A stretch of DNA of 64,000 nucleotides from Escherichia phage vB-Eco-KMB38. Both the position numbers and the translations under genes were made by a program. The stretch lies in the sequence record OR525701.1; one strand, 5' to 3'. Below the pieces are notes generated by a model. It saw only the letters and a list, made by a program, of their open reading frames with translations. It was not told the DNA's origin and searched no databases. Positions 19,091 through 27,941 of this stretch are shown piece by piece (position 1 is the first letter of the stretch; each line of letters opens with the position of its first letter).

Positions 19091-19151
19091 GTTAATTTCC
19101 TCTTGATTTGTTATGTTTATAGTATCTTGTTTTAACTTTTGCGTAAACCAA

Positions 19152-19520
19152 TTAATTAAATTTGTTTAAACGTTCAATACACTGGACGTAGTTATTCGCG
19201 ATTTGTTTCTGGGTAGGCTCTTTACCAGTTGTTTCAACATAGCGAATGAATGCGATTTCAGTAGCCTGTAAGCAATGTTCTTTAACGCGTTGTTCTTTTG
19301 ACAACGCTACGGTATCAGAATCACGATACCGTTGAGCATGGGCATCAGCTTGAATCATTCGATTACCTACAGTAACCGGGTCTTCCACTTCAACTTTAGG
19401 TTGGTTATACTGTTTAACATTCGGATTGTAAATCAGTTGGCCAACATTATTAGGGATAAAGCCATGGGCACCACATCCGGTTAATCCAAATACCATTGCT
19501 AAAGCGATTAATTTTTTCAT
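19152..19520 (-). CDS. putative lipoprotein
   Basis: 122 aa; signal peptide with lipobox LTGC. Confidence 0.6.
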   Translation of the reverse strand: MKKLIALAMVFGLTGCGAHGFIPNNVGQLIYNPNVKQYNQPKVEVEDPVTVGNRMIQADAHAQRYRDSDTVALSKEQRVKEHCLQATEIAFIRYVETTGKEPTQKQIANNYVQCIERLNKFN

Positions 19521-19580
19521 TTCAATTTCCTCTGTAGTTGATAGAAAGATAGTAACACAGTATGTGGTGCTTGTAAACAG

Positions 19581-19832
19581 CTATTTTAAACTTTTGCGAA
19601 ATTTGCGTTTTTCTTGACGAATCTGCCGTTTAGTCGGACGTACAGCAAATTTAACGAAGTCCACTTTGCCATGTGGAAACTTTTCAGATGCTTCGCAGTC
19701 CATCATTAGTTCCCATCCTTCCAGAATAAGAGCTTTCCATTGTGTAGTTGATGCAAATTCGTATGTTGATGGTTTAAACACAGTTGAATACATATTATCC
19801 TCTGAAATCAGCTTCAAAAACTTTCTCGTCAT
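19581..19832 (-). CDS. small protein with basic C-terminal tail (RPTKRQIR motif)
   Basis: 83 aa; tail similar to 48010..48207. Confidence 0.5.
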   Translation of the reverse strand: MTRKFLKLISEDNMYSTVFKPSTYEFASTTQWKALILEGWELMMDCEASEKFPHGKVDFVKFAVRPTKRQIRQEKRKFRKSLK

Positions 19833-19986
19833 TAATAAATGCTTTAACTAATGCATTGTTCACTTCAGCAAGTTGTACCGTAACCCACTCGATTTCTTCG
19901 CGATCACCTGATAACATGATATCTTTAGTGAACATCTCACCGCTTTTAAACCAACCGATAAAAGTAACTTTAGTTAATTTGCTCAT
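19795..19986 (-). CDS. dmd: Dmd-like protein (discriminator of mRNA degradation, anti-RnlA/LsoA)
   Basis: ORF-track 19795..20007; start re-set to MSKLTKV; FIGWFKSGEMFTKD...VKAFINDEKV resembles T4 Dmd as I recall it. Confidence 0.55.
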   Translation of the reverse strand: MSKLTKVTFIGWFKSGEMFTKDIMLSGDREEIEWVTVQLAEVNNALVKAFINDEKVFEADFRG

Positions 19987-20300
19987 ATTTCCTCGCAAAA
20001 CGCCCATTCAGCGTGATAAACTGTAGCGCCTTTAGTATCATTCATTTGAACTACATCTACCGGAGAAATTACTCGATAGAGACGTGGTTCACCTCCATAA
20101 GAGCGTGCTGCTCGTCCTGCATAAATCTTTGCTAAGCCGATATCTTCAGTAAAGAATACACGGTTCAAGTTTTTCTTACGTCCAGTTTCAGACAGAACTC
20201 CTGTTTCCTCAGGAGGACAAAGCATGTTTTCGATGTTAGCTGAACTACTTGAACCGTGATAAAAAATCTTAAATTCTGCTTTACAATCGATGGTTTTCAT
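19983..20300 (-). CDS. hypothetical protein
   Basis: 105 aa ORF. Confidence 0.55.
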   Translation of the reverse strand: MKTIDCKAEFKIFYHGSSSSANIENMLCPPEETGVLSETGRKKNLNRVFFTEDIGLAKIYAGRAARSYGGEPRLYRVISPVDVVQMNDTKGATVYHAEWAFCEEI

Positions 20301-20326
20301 TTTGTTCTCCAGTAGTTGATAGGTCT

Positions 20327-20355
20327 ATAATAACACAACTACTGGAGAAGTAAAC
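20327..20355 (-). promoter_or_regulatory. T4-type early promoter (-35 GTTTAC, 17 bp, -10 TATTAT, then AGACCTATC)
   Basis: consensus hexamers on minus strand upstream of 19983..20300. Confidence 0.55.
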
Positions 20356-20730
20356 TTAAAAACGTAATTTAGATATATCTGCGTTGATTTCGTTTTGGTT
20401 TGCGTCGTATGCAATTAAACGAACCGCTTTAGATGGGTCATTCAATGCATAGAAATGATGGAACATTGCTCGAACGATATCACCATTTACGAGTTCTACC
20501 TGGATAGGAGAACCTTTTTCGAGTTGGAAATGTTCATAAGCTTTGATGGTTCGTAGATAATCAAGTTTTTGATTTCCAGCTCCAACTATTTGTACGATAC
20601 GTTTGCCTGTGTTTTCCATACGAGATACAATAGTTTTAGGAGCAAGAATAACGTAGGTTGCCAGCGGAGAAACTACTTCAACAGTTGTGTTTTCGGTGAT
20701 TGCAGTAAAAATTGCTTGAGACATATTCAT
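20356..20730 (-). CDS. hypothetical protein
   Basis: 124 aa ORF. Confidence 0.6.
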   Translation of the reverse strand: MNMSQAIFTAITENTTVEVVSPLATYVILAPKTIVSRMENTGKRIVQIVGAGNQKLDYLRTIKAYEHFQLEKGSPIQVELVNGDIVRAMFHHFYALNDPSKAVRLIAYDANQNEINADISKLRF

Positions 20731-20795
20731 AATGTTTTCCTCTTGGTTGGTGTAAGTTCATCATACCATGCTTAGAGGAAGATGTAAACCCCGAA

Positions 20796-20811
20796 AGGAG
20801 ACCGAAGTCTC
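20796..20811 (-). terminator. GGAGAC-UUCG-GUCUCC hairpin just downstream of gene 41 stop
   Basis: perfect 6 bp stem with UUCG loop; T-run lies on plus-strand side so terminator polarity is uncertain. Confidence 0.4.
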
Positions 20812-20818
20812 CTTTTTA

Positions 20819-22261
20819 TTAAAATTTTAACTCATTGGCTAAGCTATCTAGGTCAGCACGTGTTGCTTTGGCTTTACCTACGCGTTCCGTACGATTCACC
20901 TCTGCCTGACGCATCTGAGCACCTGCGTTTTCATTTACTGTGTTAGGTGTGTTCATGCCTTCTTGCTCAATCTCAACCCATTTCTGATTGCCTTTACGTA
21001 CACCCATCAAGAACTTGTTCCACTTATTCTTATCACCGTATCGTGATTTGATTTGTTTGATAAGTTGTTGTTCAGCTTGTGCAAGTTCTTCAGTTTCAAT
21101 TACAGCCAACATGAAATCTGCCGTTGCTGGTAAACCTGCTGATTCTGCGATATCACTCATGTTCATGTCTGAAGCATCCCATGCTGCACGTCCTACTTGA
21201 GCTGCAGTCCATAGAACTGTTTCAGATTCTACTGCTAATGCACGAAGTTCTTCTGCGATAGCTTTAACTAATGTGTAACTATTTTCGGTGTAAACTCTGA
21301 TACGACAAGACCCACAAATACCTAAGTAATCAACTATGATTACAGACGGCACAAAGTTCTTCTTAAGTTTTAACTCATTAAGCAATGCACGGAATGTATT
21401 AGCATTAGCTCCACCAGTAGGATACTGTTTAACTACTAAACGTCCTAATGTGGATTTTGAACGCCATTTTTCCATCTTGGCTTTATATTCAGCATAAGAT
21501 ACGTTACCATCATCAATATCATCAAGTGATACGTCAAGCATGTTTGCATCTATACGCTTAGCACAAACTTCTTCGGCCATTTCCATGGAAATATAAAGAA
21601 CGTTATGACCTGTTTGAAGATAATCTGCAGCAAGTGAACAAAGGCCTAAAGATTTACCAACGTTAACACCGGCCATTAAAACGTTTAGTGTACCTGTTTC
21701 TGCACCGCCTTTAGTGATTTTATTCAAAATGTTTAATTTGAACGGGACCTTACGTGCTTTGTTCAGATAAGAAAGCCAGCGTGCTTCGTAGTCTTCCATC
21801 CAGTCATGTCCAACATAACTATCGAACGAAATTGAAAGTGCTTGACGCATAATATCAGGAATAGCTCCTACGTCAGGCATTTTCTTGTTACGTTGTTCTG
21901 GAGGTAGTTCAGCATTAGACTGAATCTCAATGATTTTGGATGTAGCATTATACATCGCTTTTTGCTGGACATATTTCTCAGTTTCTTTAACCAACCATTC
22001 GTGGTCTTCAGGAGTATCAGCTAATTTTTCAATTAGGTCTGAAGTTCCTTTATATTCGGCTTCAGTTAAAGAACTGTTATCTAAAGCCACCTTTAACGCA
22101 TTGATAGATGGCATTGCATTATATTCGTTAACGTGGCTCTTTATAATTTTAAAGACATTTTTTGCCGGTCCACGCTCAAAATACTCAGAATCCATATAAG
22201 GCCAGACCTTAGAAAAATAAGCCTGGTCGTATACTAGATGAGACAAAATAATTTCTACCAC
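20819..22261 (-). CDS. 41: replicative DNA helicase (DnaB-like)
   Basis: 480 aa; Walker A GVNVGKS; T4 gp41 is 475 aa at same position. Confidence 0.9.
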   Translation of the reverse strand: MVEIILSHLVYDQAYFSKVWPYMDSEYFERGPAKNVFKIIKSHVNEYNAMPSINALKVALDNSSLTEAEYKGTSDLIEKLADTPEDHEWLVKETEKYVQQKAMYNATSKIIEIQSNAELPPEQRNKKMPDVGAIPDIMRQALSISFDSYVGHDWMEDYEARWLSYLNKARKVPFKLNILNKITKGGAETGTLNVLMAGVNVGKSLGLCSLAADYLQTGHNVLYISMEMAEEVCAKRIDANMLDVSLDDIDDGNVSYAEYKAKMEKWRSKSTLGRLVVKQYPTGGANANTFRALLNELKLKKNFVPSVIIVDYLGICGSCRIRVYTENSYTLVKAIAEELRALAVESETVLWTAAQVGRAAWDASDMNMSDIAESAGLPATADFMLAVIETEELAQAEQQLIKQIKSRYGDKNKWNKFLMGVRKGNQKWVEIEQEGMNTPNTVNENAGAQMRQAEVNRTERVGKAKATRADLDSLANELKF

Positions 22262-22270
22262 GATAACTCC

Positions 22271-22633
22271 TTAAAAGAATTTAAATTTTTTCTTGGTTCG
22301 TTCATTAAAAGCTTGTTGTACTTGCATTGTAACACATTTTTCAACGTGCGGTGCAAGTTCTGCTTTTCTGTCCTGGTCAAGAACTGCAAAGTCCATTACG
22401 ATTTTACCATCAACCCAGTCTAGTTTTGTAATATAGACTATATGATGGGAACCGTCTTCAAGTGTAATCAGAATCTCTTGAATGACATTTTCCATTGCTG
22501 AACGGATAATTTTAAGAGATTCATTAAACACTCGTTCTTTGCGAATGTCTTCCCCTTCCGAAGAAGGGGATTCATCAACGATTTCTAGATTTAAATCATC
22601 GAGATTATTCATCGAAATCTTCCATTTCGTCAA
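22271..22633 (-). CDS. hypothetical protein (gene 40 position)
   Basis: 120 aa ORF between 41 and uvsX. Confidence 0.5.
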   Translation of the reverse strand: MTKWKISMNNLDDLNLEIVDESPSSEGEDIRKERVFNESLKIIRSAMENVIQEILITLEDGSHHIVYITKLDWVDGKIVMDFAVLDQDRKAELAPHVEKCVTMQVQQAFNERTKKKFKFF

Positions 22634-23777
22634 GGTCGTTTTCTATATCTGCTGCAGACGGAGCATCAGAAGTTTTAACCGGAACTTTAGTTGTTGCTTT
22701 GCAATTAATAAGGTCGTTAACCGCGTCATCAACTTCTTTAATAGAAGAGATAGCACCTAGTTTATATTTAGTTTCAATTGCATCTCGGAAAGGTTTGTGT
22801 TTAAACAACGGTCCCCAGAATTCTACACAATCAGTAGCTTTAGCACGCCATGATTTTTCTTCACGAATCATTTCACCTGTTTCTTCGTCAAGGAATTCAC
22901 GAGCATACCAACCAGCTTTAGGCTTAACCACAAAACCGATTTCAGTTGCCATTTCTAACAAGCCACTGAATGGGTCAATACCACCGTCGAAATTAACCGT
23001 GATCGGGAAAGTAGATTTCTCTTTAACTGTACGAGATTTTTCTGCTTTCAACGTGAAGTCATAACCAGTCAATTCTGTACCTTCTTTAACCTGACGTTTA
23101 GAGATAAAAAATACCGTGTTGGCGGAATAAAGAATACCTGTACCACCACCCATAATCTCTTTAGGATACAATCCGCCAATTTCCATTGCAGTATGGTTAA
23201 TTGCAACACATGGAATATCTTTAATAGTCAGATAAGGAGTCACAATGCGGAACAGAGATTTAAGTGCCTTAGCACGAGACATATCACCTACAACTTTCTC
23301 GTTCAATGCATCTTCAGTTTCTTTCTTAGATGCAGTATTACCGATTGAATCGATAAAGATAATAACTTTATCACCCCGTTCAATCGCGTCAAGCTGATTA
23401 GTCATATCAACTTTAAGTTGTTCGACAGATTGAATCGGAGTATGAACTACACGGTCTAAATCAACACCCATTGAACGAAAATAAGATTCTGAAGCACCGA
23501 ATTCTGAGTCATAAAACAAACAGATTGCATCTTTATATTTCTTCATATATGCTGCAACCATGGTCAGCCCAAACAATGTTTTAAAGTGTTTAGAAGGAGC
23601 AGCAAAAATAGTTAAGCCTGATTGCAACCCGGCATTCAGTGCACCACCTAGTGCAATATTCAACATCGGAATACGAGTAGGGACTTCATCACGATTATTA
23701 AACAGCTTAGACTTAGTCAAGTCTGCAGTCATTTTAGAAGTAGAAGCTTTAATCAGACGAGATTTTAAATCAGACAT
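22605..23777 (-). CDS. uvsX: UvsX recombinase (RecA-like)
   Basis: 390 aa; RecA-fold P-loop FAAPSKHFKT; T4 UvsX is 391 aa. Confidence 0.9.
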   Translation of the reverse strand: MSDLKSRLIKASTSKMTADLTKSKLFNNRDEVPTRIPMLNIALGGALNAGLQSGLTIFAAPSKHFKTLFGLTMVAAYMKKYKDAICLFYDSEFGASESYFRSMGVDLDRVVHTPIQSVEQLKVDMTNQLDAIERGDKVIIFIDSIGNTASKKETEDALNEKVVGDMSRAKALKSLFRIVTPYLTIKDIPCVAINHTAMEIGGLYPKEIMGGGTGILYSANTVFFISKRQVKEGTELTGYDFTLKAEKSRTVKEKSTFPITVNFDGGIDPFSGLLEMATEIGFVVKPKAGWYAREFLDEETGEMIREEKSWRAKATDCVEFWGPLFKHKPFRDAIETKYKLGAISSIKEVDDAVNDLINCKATTKVPVKTSDAPSAADIENDLDEMEDFDE

Positions 23778-23875
23778 TGTATTTTTCCATAGGCATCATT
23801 ATATTTTACTCATGTTTAAAAGATAAGATGATTATATACTAAGGGTTATACAGCATTTAAAACTTTAAATGGCTC

Positions 23876-24424
23876 TTAACGAGCCCATTTGATAATTTCT
23901 GTAATCAAATAATTACGTTCGCTTGCATTAAATCCTATAACTTTGTTAGCACCATCATGATTAAGTAATTGATACGTTTGGATTTTGTTATGAATTGCAA
24001 ACTCTTCAAAATGTGAAATGACTGTATTAAAACCGAATGAGGACAAAGTAATAAGGTCGTCTTCAAAACTTTCAGTCATTTCGTTACGTGTTAAAATAAT
24101 TGTGAACACATCATGGTTTTGGCAAAGACGAACATAATCCTGTTCATAAACGTCAAGAACCGAGTCCGCATCTTGTCGAATACGTCCATAAACCCAGTTA
24201 CTAATATATCCACGGTCTAACAGATAAATCTTAGTAGGGTCTAAATAATTCAACATCGTTTCGAAGCAGCCAACTTCATTTCGAGACTTAACATCGAAAC
24301 GCCCATCAACTGTTCGTTTAGGGAAATCAATCTTTACATATCTTTCACTAATTTCCATTATGTCATTAATGAAAGTTGTTTTACCAGCATTATCTGGGCC
24401 ATCTACTAAAATAATTTTAGCCAT
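23876..24424 (-). CDS. P-loop kinase-like protein (Walker A GPDNAGKTT), substrate unknown
   Basis: 182 aa; occupies the T4 beta-glucosyltransferase locus between uvsX and 42. Confidence 0.6.
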   Translation of the reverse strand: MAKIILVDGPDNAGKTTFINDIMEISERYVKIDFPKRTVDGRFDVKSRNEVGCFETMLNYLDPTKIYLLDRGYISNWVYGRIRQDADSVLDVYEQDYVRLCQNHDVFTIILTRNEMTESFEDDLITLSSFGFNTVISHFEEFAIHNKIQTYQLLNHDGANKVIGFNASERNYLITEIIKWAR

Positions 24425-24425
24425 T

Positions 24426-25325
24426 TTATTCCTCGATTACGACATCTTCATATTTAGGTATATTATACGGTGAAGAAATTAAAGCATTAAAGTAGATGAA
24501 CTCACCAAGACCTGGATGAAATACTTCTTCAGGATTTTCGAAATATTGAATCTTCGGACGTCCTTTAAGAATTTGATAGTACTCAGTTTTAGTTGGTTTA
24601 AAAATTCGAATCAGCGCTTCTTCAGGATACTTATTTCTGTCGAAGCTATTATTTGGATCGGTTATATAAAGCGGTTGACCTAATTGAATTGCACATTCAA
24701 CCACTTGTTCAAAACGATAGCATGGGTCACTAATTCGAAATGGATGAAAAATACCATCTAGATGAATAGGAGCCAAATCACCCACAAGACGCTGCATGAT
24801 GGAAGGACGTATAACTTTCTGAGTTACGATAATCTTATTACCATCTGCACCTGCGTTAACCAGCACTTCTTTTTGACGTTCATTCAACACAGTAGTTTGA
24901 AGTGAACGATTAACTGACAACATATCGGTTTTTAAGAATTCGTCAATATAAAAACGTGGTTTATTAGGGTCTGCCGTGATATTGAAATTGAATTCTACAT
25001 CAAAAGCGCCGTCATATCCAGTGATATCTGTTATTAGAAAATCACAATCATAATAAGCAATTAATGAATCAACCACAAATTCATTTTCAGACCAGAAATA
25101 TTTACGAGTGTTATACGCGTTATCTTTATACCATAATGGAACAAACTTAAATTCCGGGAAAAGACGTTCACATTCTTTAATATCAGATGCATTACGTGGA
25201 TATGTAATCACATCACCTGGATTAGCACGGTGCAAATGAAGTTGGAAGTTGCCATCCTTAAGGATAGCATACTGTCCAGTTTCATAAGACCGCATACTCA
25301 AGATAGGTACGCGGAAAATAGCCAT
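24426..25325 (-). CDS. hypothetical protein, candidate DNA sugar-transferase
   Basis: 299 aa ORF tightly packed between the P-loop gene and gene 42; no recognisable motif. Confidence 0.6.
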   Translation of the reverse strand: MAIFRVPILSMRSYETGQYAILKDGNFQLHLHRANPGDVITYPRNASDIKECERLFPEFKFVPLWYKDNAYNTRKYFWSENEFVVDSLIAYYDCDFLITDITGYDGAFDVEFNFNITADPNKPRFYIDEFLKTDMLSVNRSLQTTVLNERQKEVLVNAGADGNKIIVTQKVIRPSIMQRLVGDLAPIHLDGIFHPFRISDPCYRFEQVVECAIQLGQPLYITDPNNSFDRNKYPEEALIRIFKPTKTEYYQILKGRPKIQYFENPEEVFHPGLGEFIYFNALISSPYNIPKYEDVVIEE

Positions 25326-26041
25326 TAGTCAAGGAATCCTTTAACATAATCAAAATCACGTTCAAACACATGGGCACTTACCATGGTATGAGTATAATCA
25401 CCAACTTCTACACCGCATTCGTTAGCGATATAATGAAGTAATTTTCCTTGGAGATAAAAATCCAATTGCATAACAACAGCACAGTTCTGAGAACGCATAT
25501 GACAGTGGGTATAAAGCTTACCATCACGAATATAATAGGTCACTGAGTCAGTACATGGATATTCAAGCGTTTCGTCTGAATCAAGCAAAGCCTGATCAGA
25601 ACTTTCTAGAATTTGGAACACAACTCTTCGAGAGTTAGGTTTCTCTTTAAGTTCTTTTAGAAGAGCTGGTAATTGGGCCGCAATGCGAGGACCATAGAAA
25701 GTGTTGAAGTTCGCAGGCAAAGCATCTGATTTTGGTTTAGAAATGAATTTAGCGACATTAGGATATGCCTTAAACGCTTCTTCTGCATCAGTACCACCAG
25801 AAATCATAAACTTCCAGAAGTCTTCGGCATATTCATAAGAGATGCGGTTAATACGTGGGTCAGTCATTTTGAATGATGACGGAGTGTCAACAACTACTGT
25901 CATAGACCCAATTTCATTACAACGACCAATACGAGAATCAGTTACGAATTCCGGGTTTTCTAAAATTTCACGATTGACTGCTTTAAATGCGGTTTGAAAA
26001 TCTGCGGCTTTGATATATTTCATTGTGTTATGTTTTCCCAT
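25325..26041 (-). CDS. 42: dCMP hydroxymethylase (thymidylate synthase family)
   Basis: 238 aa; PNSRRVVFQI, YPCTDSVTYYIRDGK and HMRSQN segments parallel T4 gp42 as I recall it. Confidence 0.8.
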   Translation of the reverse strand: MGKHNTMKYIKAADFQTAFKAVNREILENPEFVTDSRIGRCNEIGSMTVVVDTPSSFKMTDPRINRISYEYAEDFWKFMISGGTDAEEAFKAYPNVAKFISKPKSDALPANFNTFYGPRIAAQLPALLKELKEKPNSRRVVFQILESSDQALLDSDETLEYPCTDSVTYYIRDGKLYTHCHMRSQNCAVVMQLDFYLQGKLLHYIANECGVEVGDYTHTMVSAHVFERDFDYVKGFLD

Positions 26042-26319
26042 GTTTACCTCAATACAATTTATTATATACTCAATTCATAAAGCTTATTTGAATTTCTTGG
26101 CAATGTTGATATAACGTAAAGCTTCACCATCAATACTTCCAAGAACACTATGAAGAAATGCATCAGCTTAGTATTCCAATTGAACAGGTTCTTTAATCAC
26201 TTTAGCCGCTTTGGTTTCAAACAGGCCCATCAGGGCCTTTTTAAGAATTTGTTCGTTAGTGTTCAGTTTTATAGTCAAAATCTTTTCATTAAGTTGGTGG
26301 TTAAAAGTTTTTCTAGAAA

Positions 26320-27480
26320 TCATTCCGGGTACCTCAAAGCGTCATCAGAGTTAGTTATATCAATAATAGATATAGAGTTTTCTGCTAACCCATTTTTAGA
26401 TAACTGACGTTTATAATATCTTTCACAATATGTACACGTCGTCCCGCAGATTTCATTAGCACAATCGAAATCTGGATGTCTGAACCACCTTTTTTCTAAA
26501 AAGCCATCTAACAAAGAGGTTTCAATATTTACTGTATGTGAAAACTCGGTCTCATTTTCAAGAGTGAAAATAGTCTCTAAAGGCTTCCACAGTTCTAACA
26601 AATTACCTTCAAACTTTTCAGAAGCGTATGCTTCAAGAACTTTCAAAATGTAGTCTGTGCTACCTGTACGTCCTGAAACTTTGAATTGAGTGATACCAAT
26701 ATCATTATAAAGTTTCAAATCTTGAGGACGAACAAAACGAGTTCTCAACCAGTTAAATGGGTCTGTATCACGAGCTTTAATACAGTGCTGCATAGGATAT
26801 CCGTTTAAGGATTTAGCATCATCAGCTGTAACATCAGTACTATGGAAAATATAGCAAGAGTCACGATAGCTACAATGTGTTGTATACCCTTTACCAGCAT
26901 TAGAACAGAACTCATTTACAAGAACTTCAAATATTATATTGTTCTTATTGCAAAACTCTGCTGCACGCTTCAGGAAAGAAACTGAACGGTTCTTATGAAT
27001 TCCACAGCAGACCTTTTTGATATTATACTGGTCATGCAAGTATTTGATTTGAGTTACAGCATCGACATGTAGAATTGTTGAAACTTCAATCTCAATGTCT
27101 TTATTGACTTCACGAACAATTTCCATAACAACAGGGTTAGCGATAGTAATACGCCATACGCCTATTGACCAAAGATACTGAACATAATCCTGAATAGCTT
27201 TCTTCTTCCACTCAACTAGTTCTCTTTTTGAACCAGGATTTATCGTGTTGAGTGTATAGTTAAAGCAAATACCTAATTCGTTACAACGTTTAACGTAATC
27301 TTCTAACATCTTTTTGTCAACGTCAGGAAGCCTAAAATCAGGTCTGGCTGCTACAAAAGCCATTTCTCTTGTAGAGCCGTATACTTCATTTATCAAGCTA
27401 TTAGGATAAGTTTTATTGAGCTCTACGATTTTATCAAGAAGAGCTAAATCAAAATTCGTTCCGATTTTAAAAGTATTCAT
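26320..27480 (-). CDS. Cys-rich enzyme of unknown function (tentative peptidase-U32-like/metal-binding)
   Basis: 386 aa; C-terminal CANEICGTTCTYC cluster and internal CSNAGKGYTTHCSYRDSC; part of island between 42 and 43. Confidence 0.6.
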   Translation of the reverse strand: MNTFKIGTNFDLALLDKIVELNKTYPNSLINEVYGSTREMAFVAARPDFRLPDVDKKMLEDYVKRCNELGICFNYTLNTINPGSKRELVEWKKKAIQDYVQYLWSIGVWRITIANPVVMEIVREVNKDIEIEVSTILHVDAVTQIKYLHDQYNIKKVCCGIHKNRSVSFLKRAAEFCNKNNIIFEVLVNEFCSNAGKGYTTHCSYRDSCYIFHSTDVTADDAKSLNGYPMQHCIKARDTDPFNWLRTRFVRPQDLKLYNDIGITQFKVSGRTGSTDYILKVLEAYASEKFEGNLLELWKPLETIFTLENETEFSHTVNIETSLLDGFLEKRWFRHPDFDCANEICGTTCTYCERYYKRQLSKNGLAENSISIIDITNSDDALRYPE

Positions 27481-27539
27481 TTTTTTGCATCTCGCGTTAA
27501 TTGATGCGATGGTTTTTTTTGCAGGTCTTACTTAAATTA

Positions 27540-27941
27540 TTATAGATTCGGTTTATACGATTTAAATGTTTCGAATTCGCCTTTATTCATAAGAGCTTTG
27601 AATTCGTCAGGACGCATAGCTTTGTCGTCGATAATCCAATCATATACTGGTTTATGTGTTAGCAAATTATGGTACTTCAAGCCAATGTTTGCCAAGTTCT
27701 GAATCAGACTTGGGAGAATGTCAATTGCTATACGACCAGGACCTACTGACTTCATACCGCGAGCAGTGTAAAGCGTTATGGTATGCCCTGCATCATACAG
27801 GGCATTAATGGCAGACACCATTTCGACGTCTGGTTTGAAGTTCACGTAATCACGATTGTTATTCCACTCTGTTATACAATCATCGACATCAAAACAAAGA
27901 TTAAGCATGTTTTCTACACGGCGCATTAGATTCGTTCCCAT
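27540..27941 (-). CDS. HAD-superfamily phosphatase-like protein
   Basis: 133 aa; N-terminal FDVDDCIT resembles HAD motif I; small cap-less HAD architecture. Confidence 0.6.
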   Translation of the reverse strand: MGTNLMRRVENMLNLCFDVDDCITEWNNNRDYVNFKPDVEMVSAINALYDAGHTITLYTARGMKSVGPGRIAIDILPSLIQNLANIGLKYHNLLTHKPVYDWIIDDKAMRPDEFKALMNKGEFETFKSYKPNL

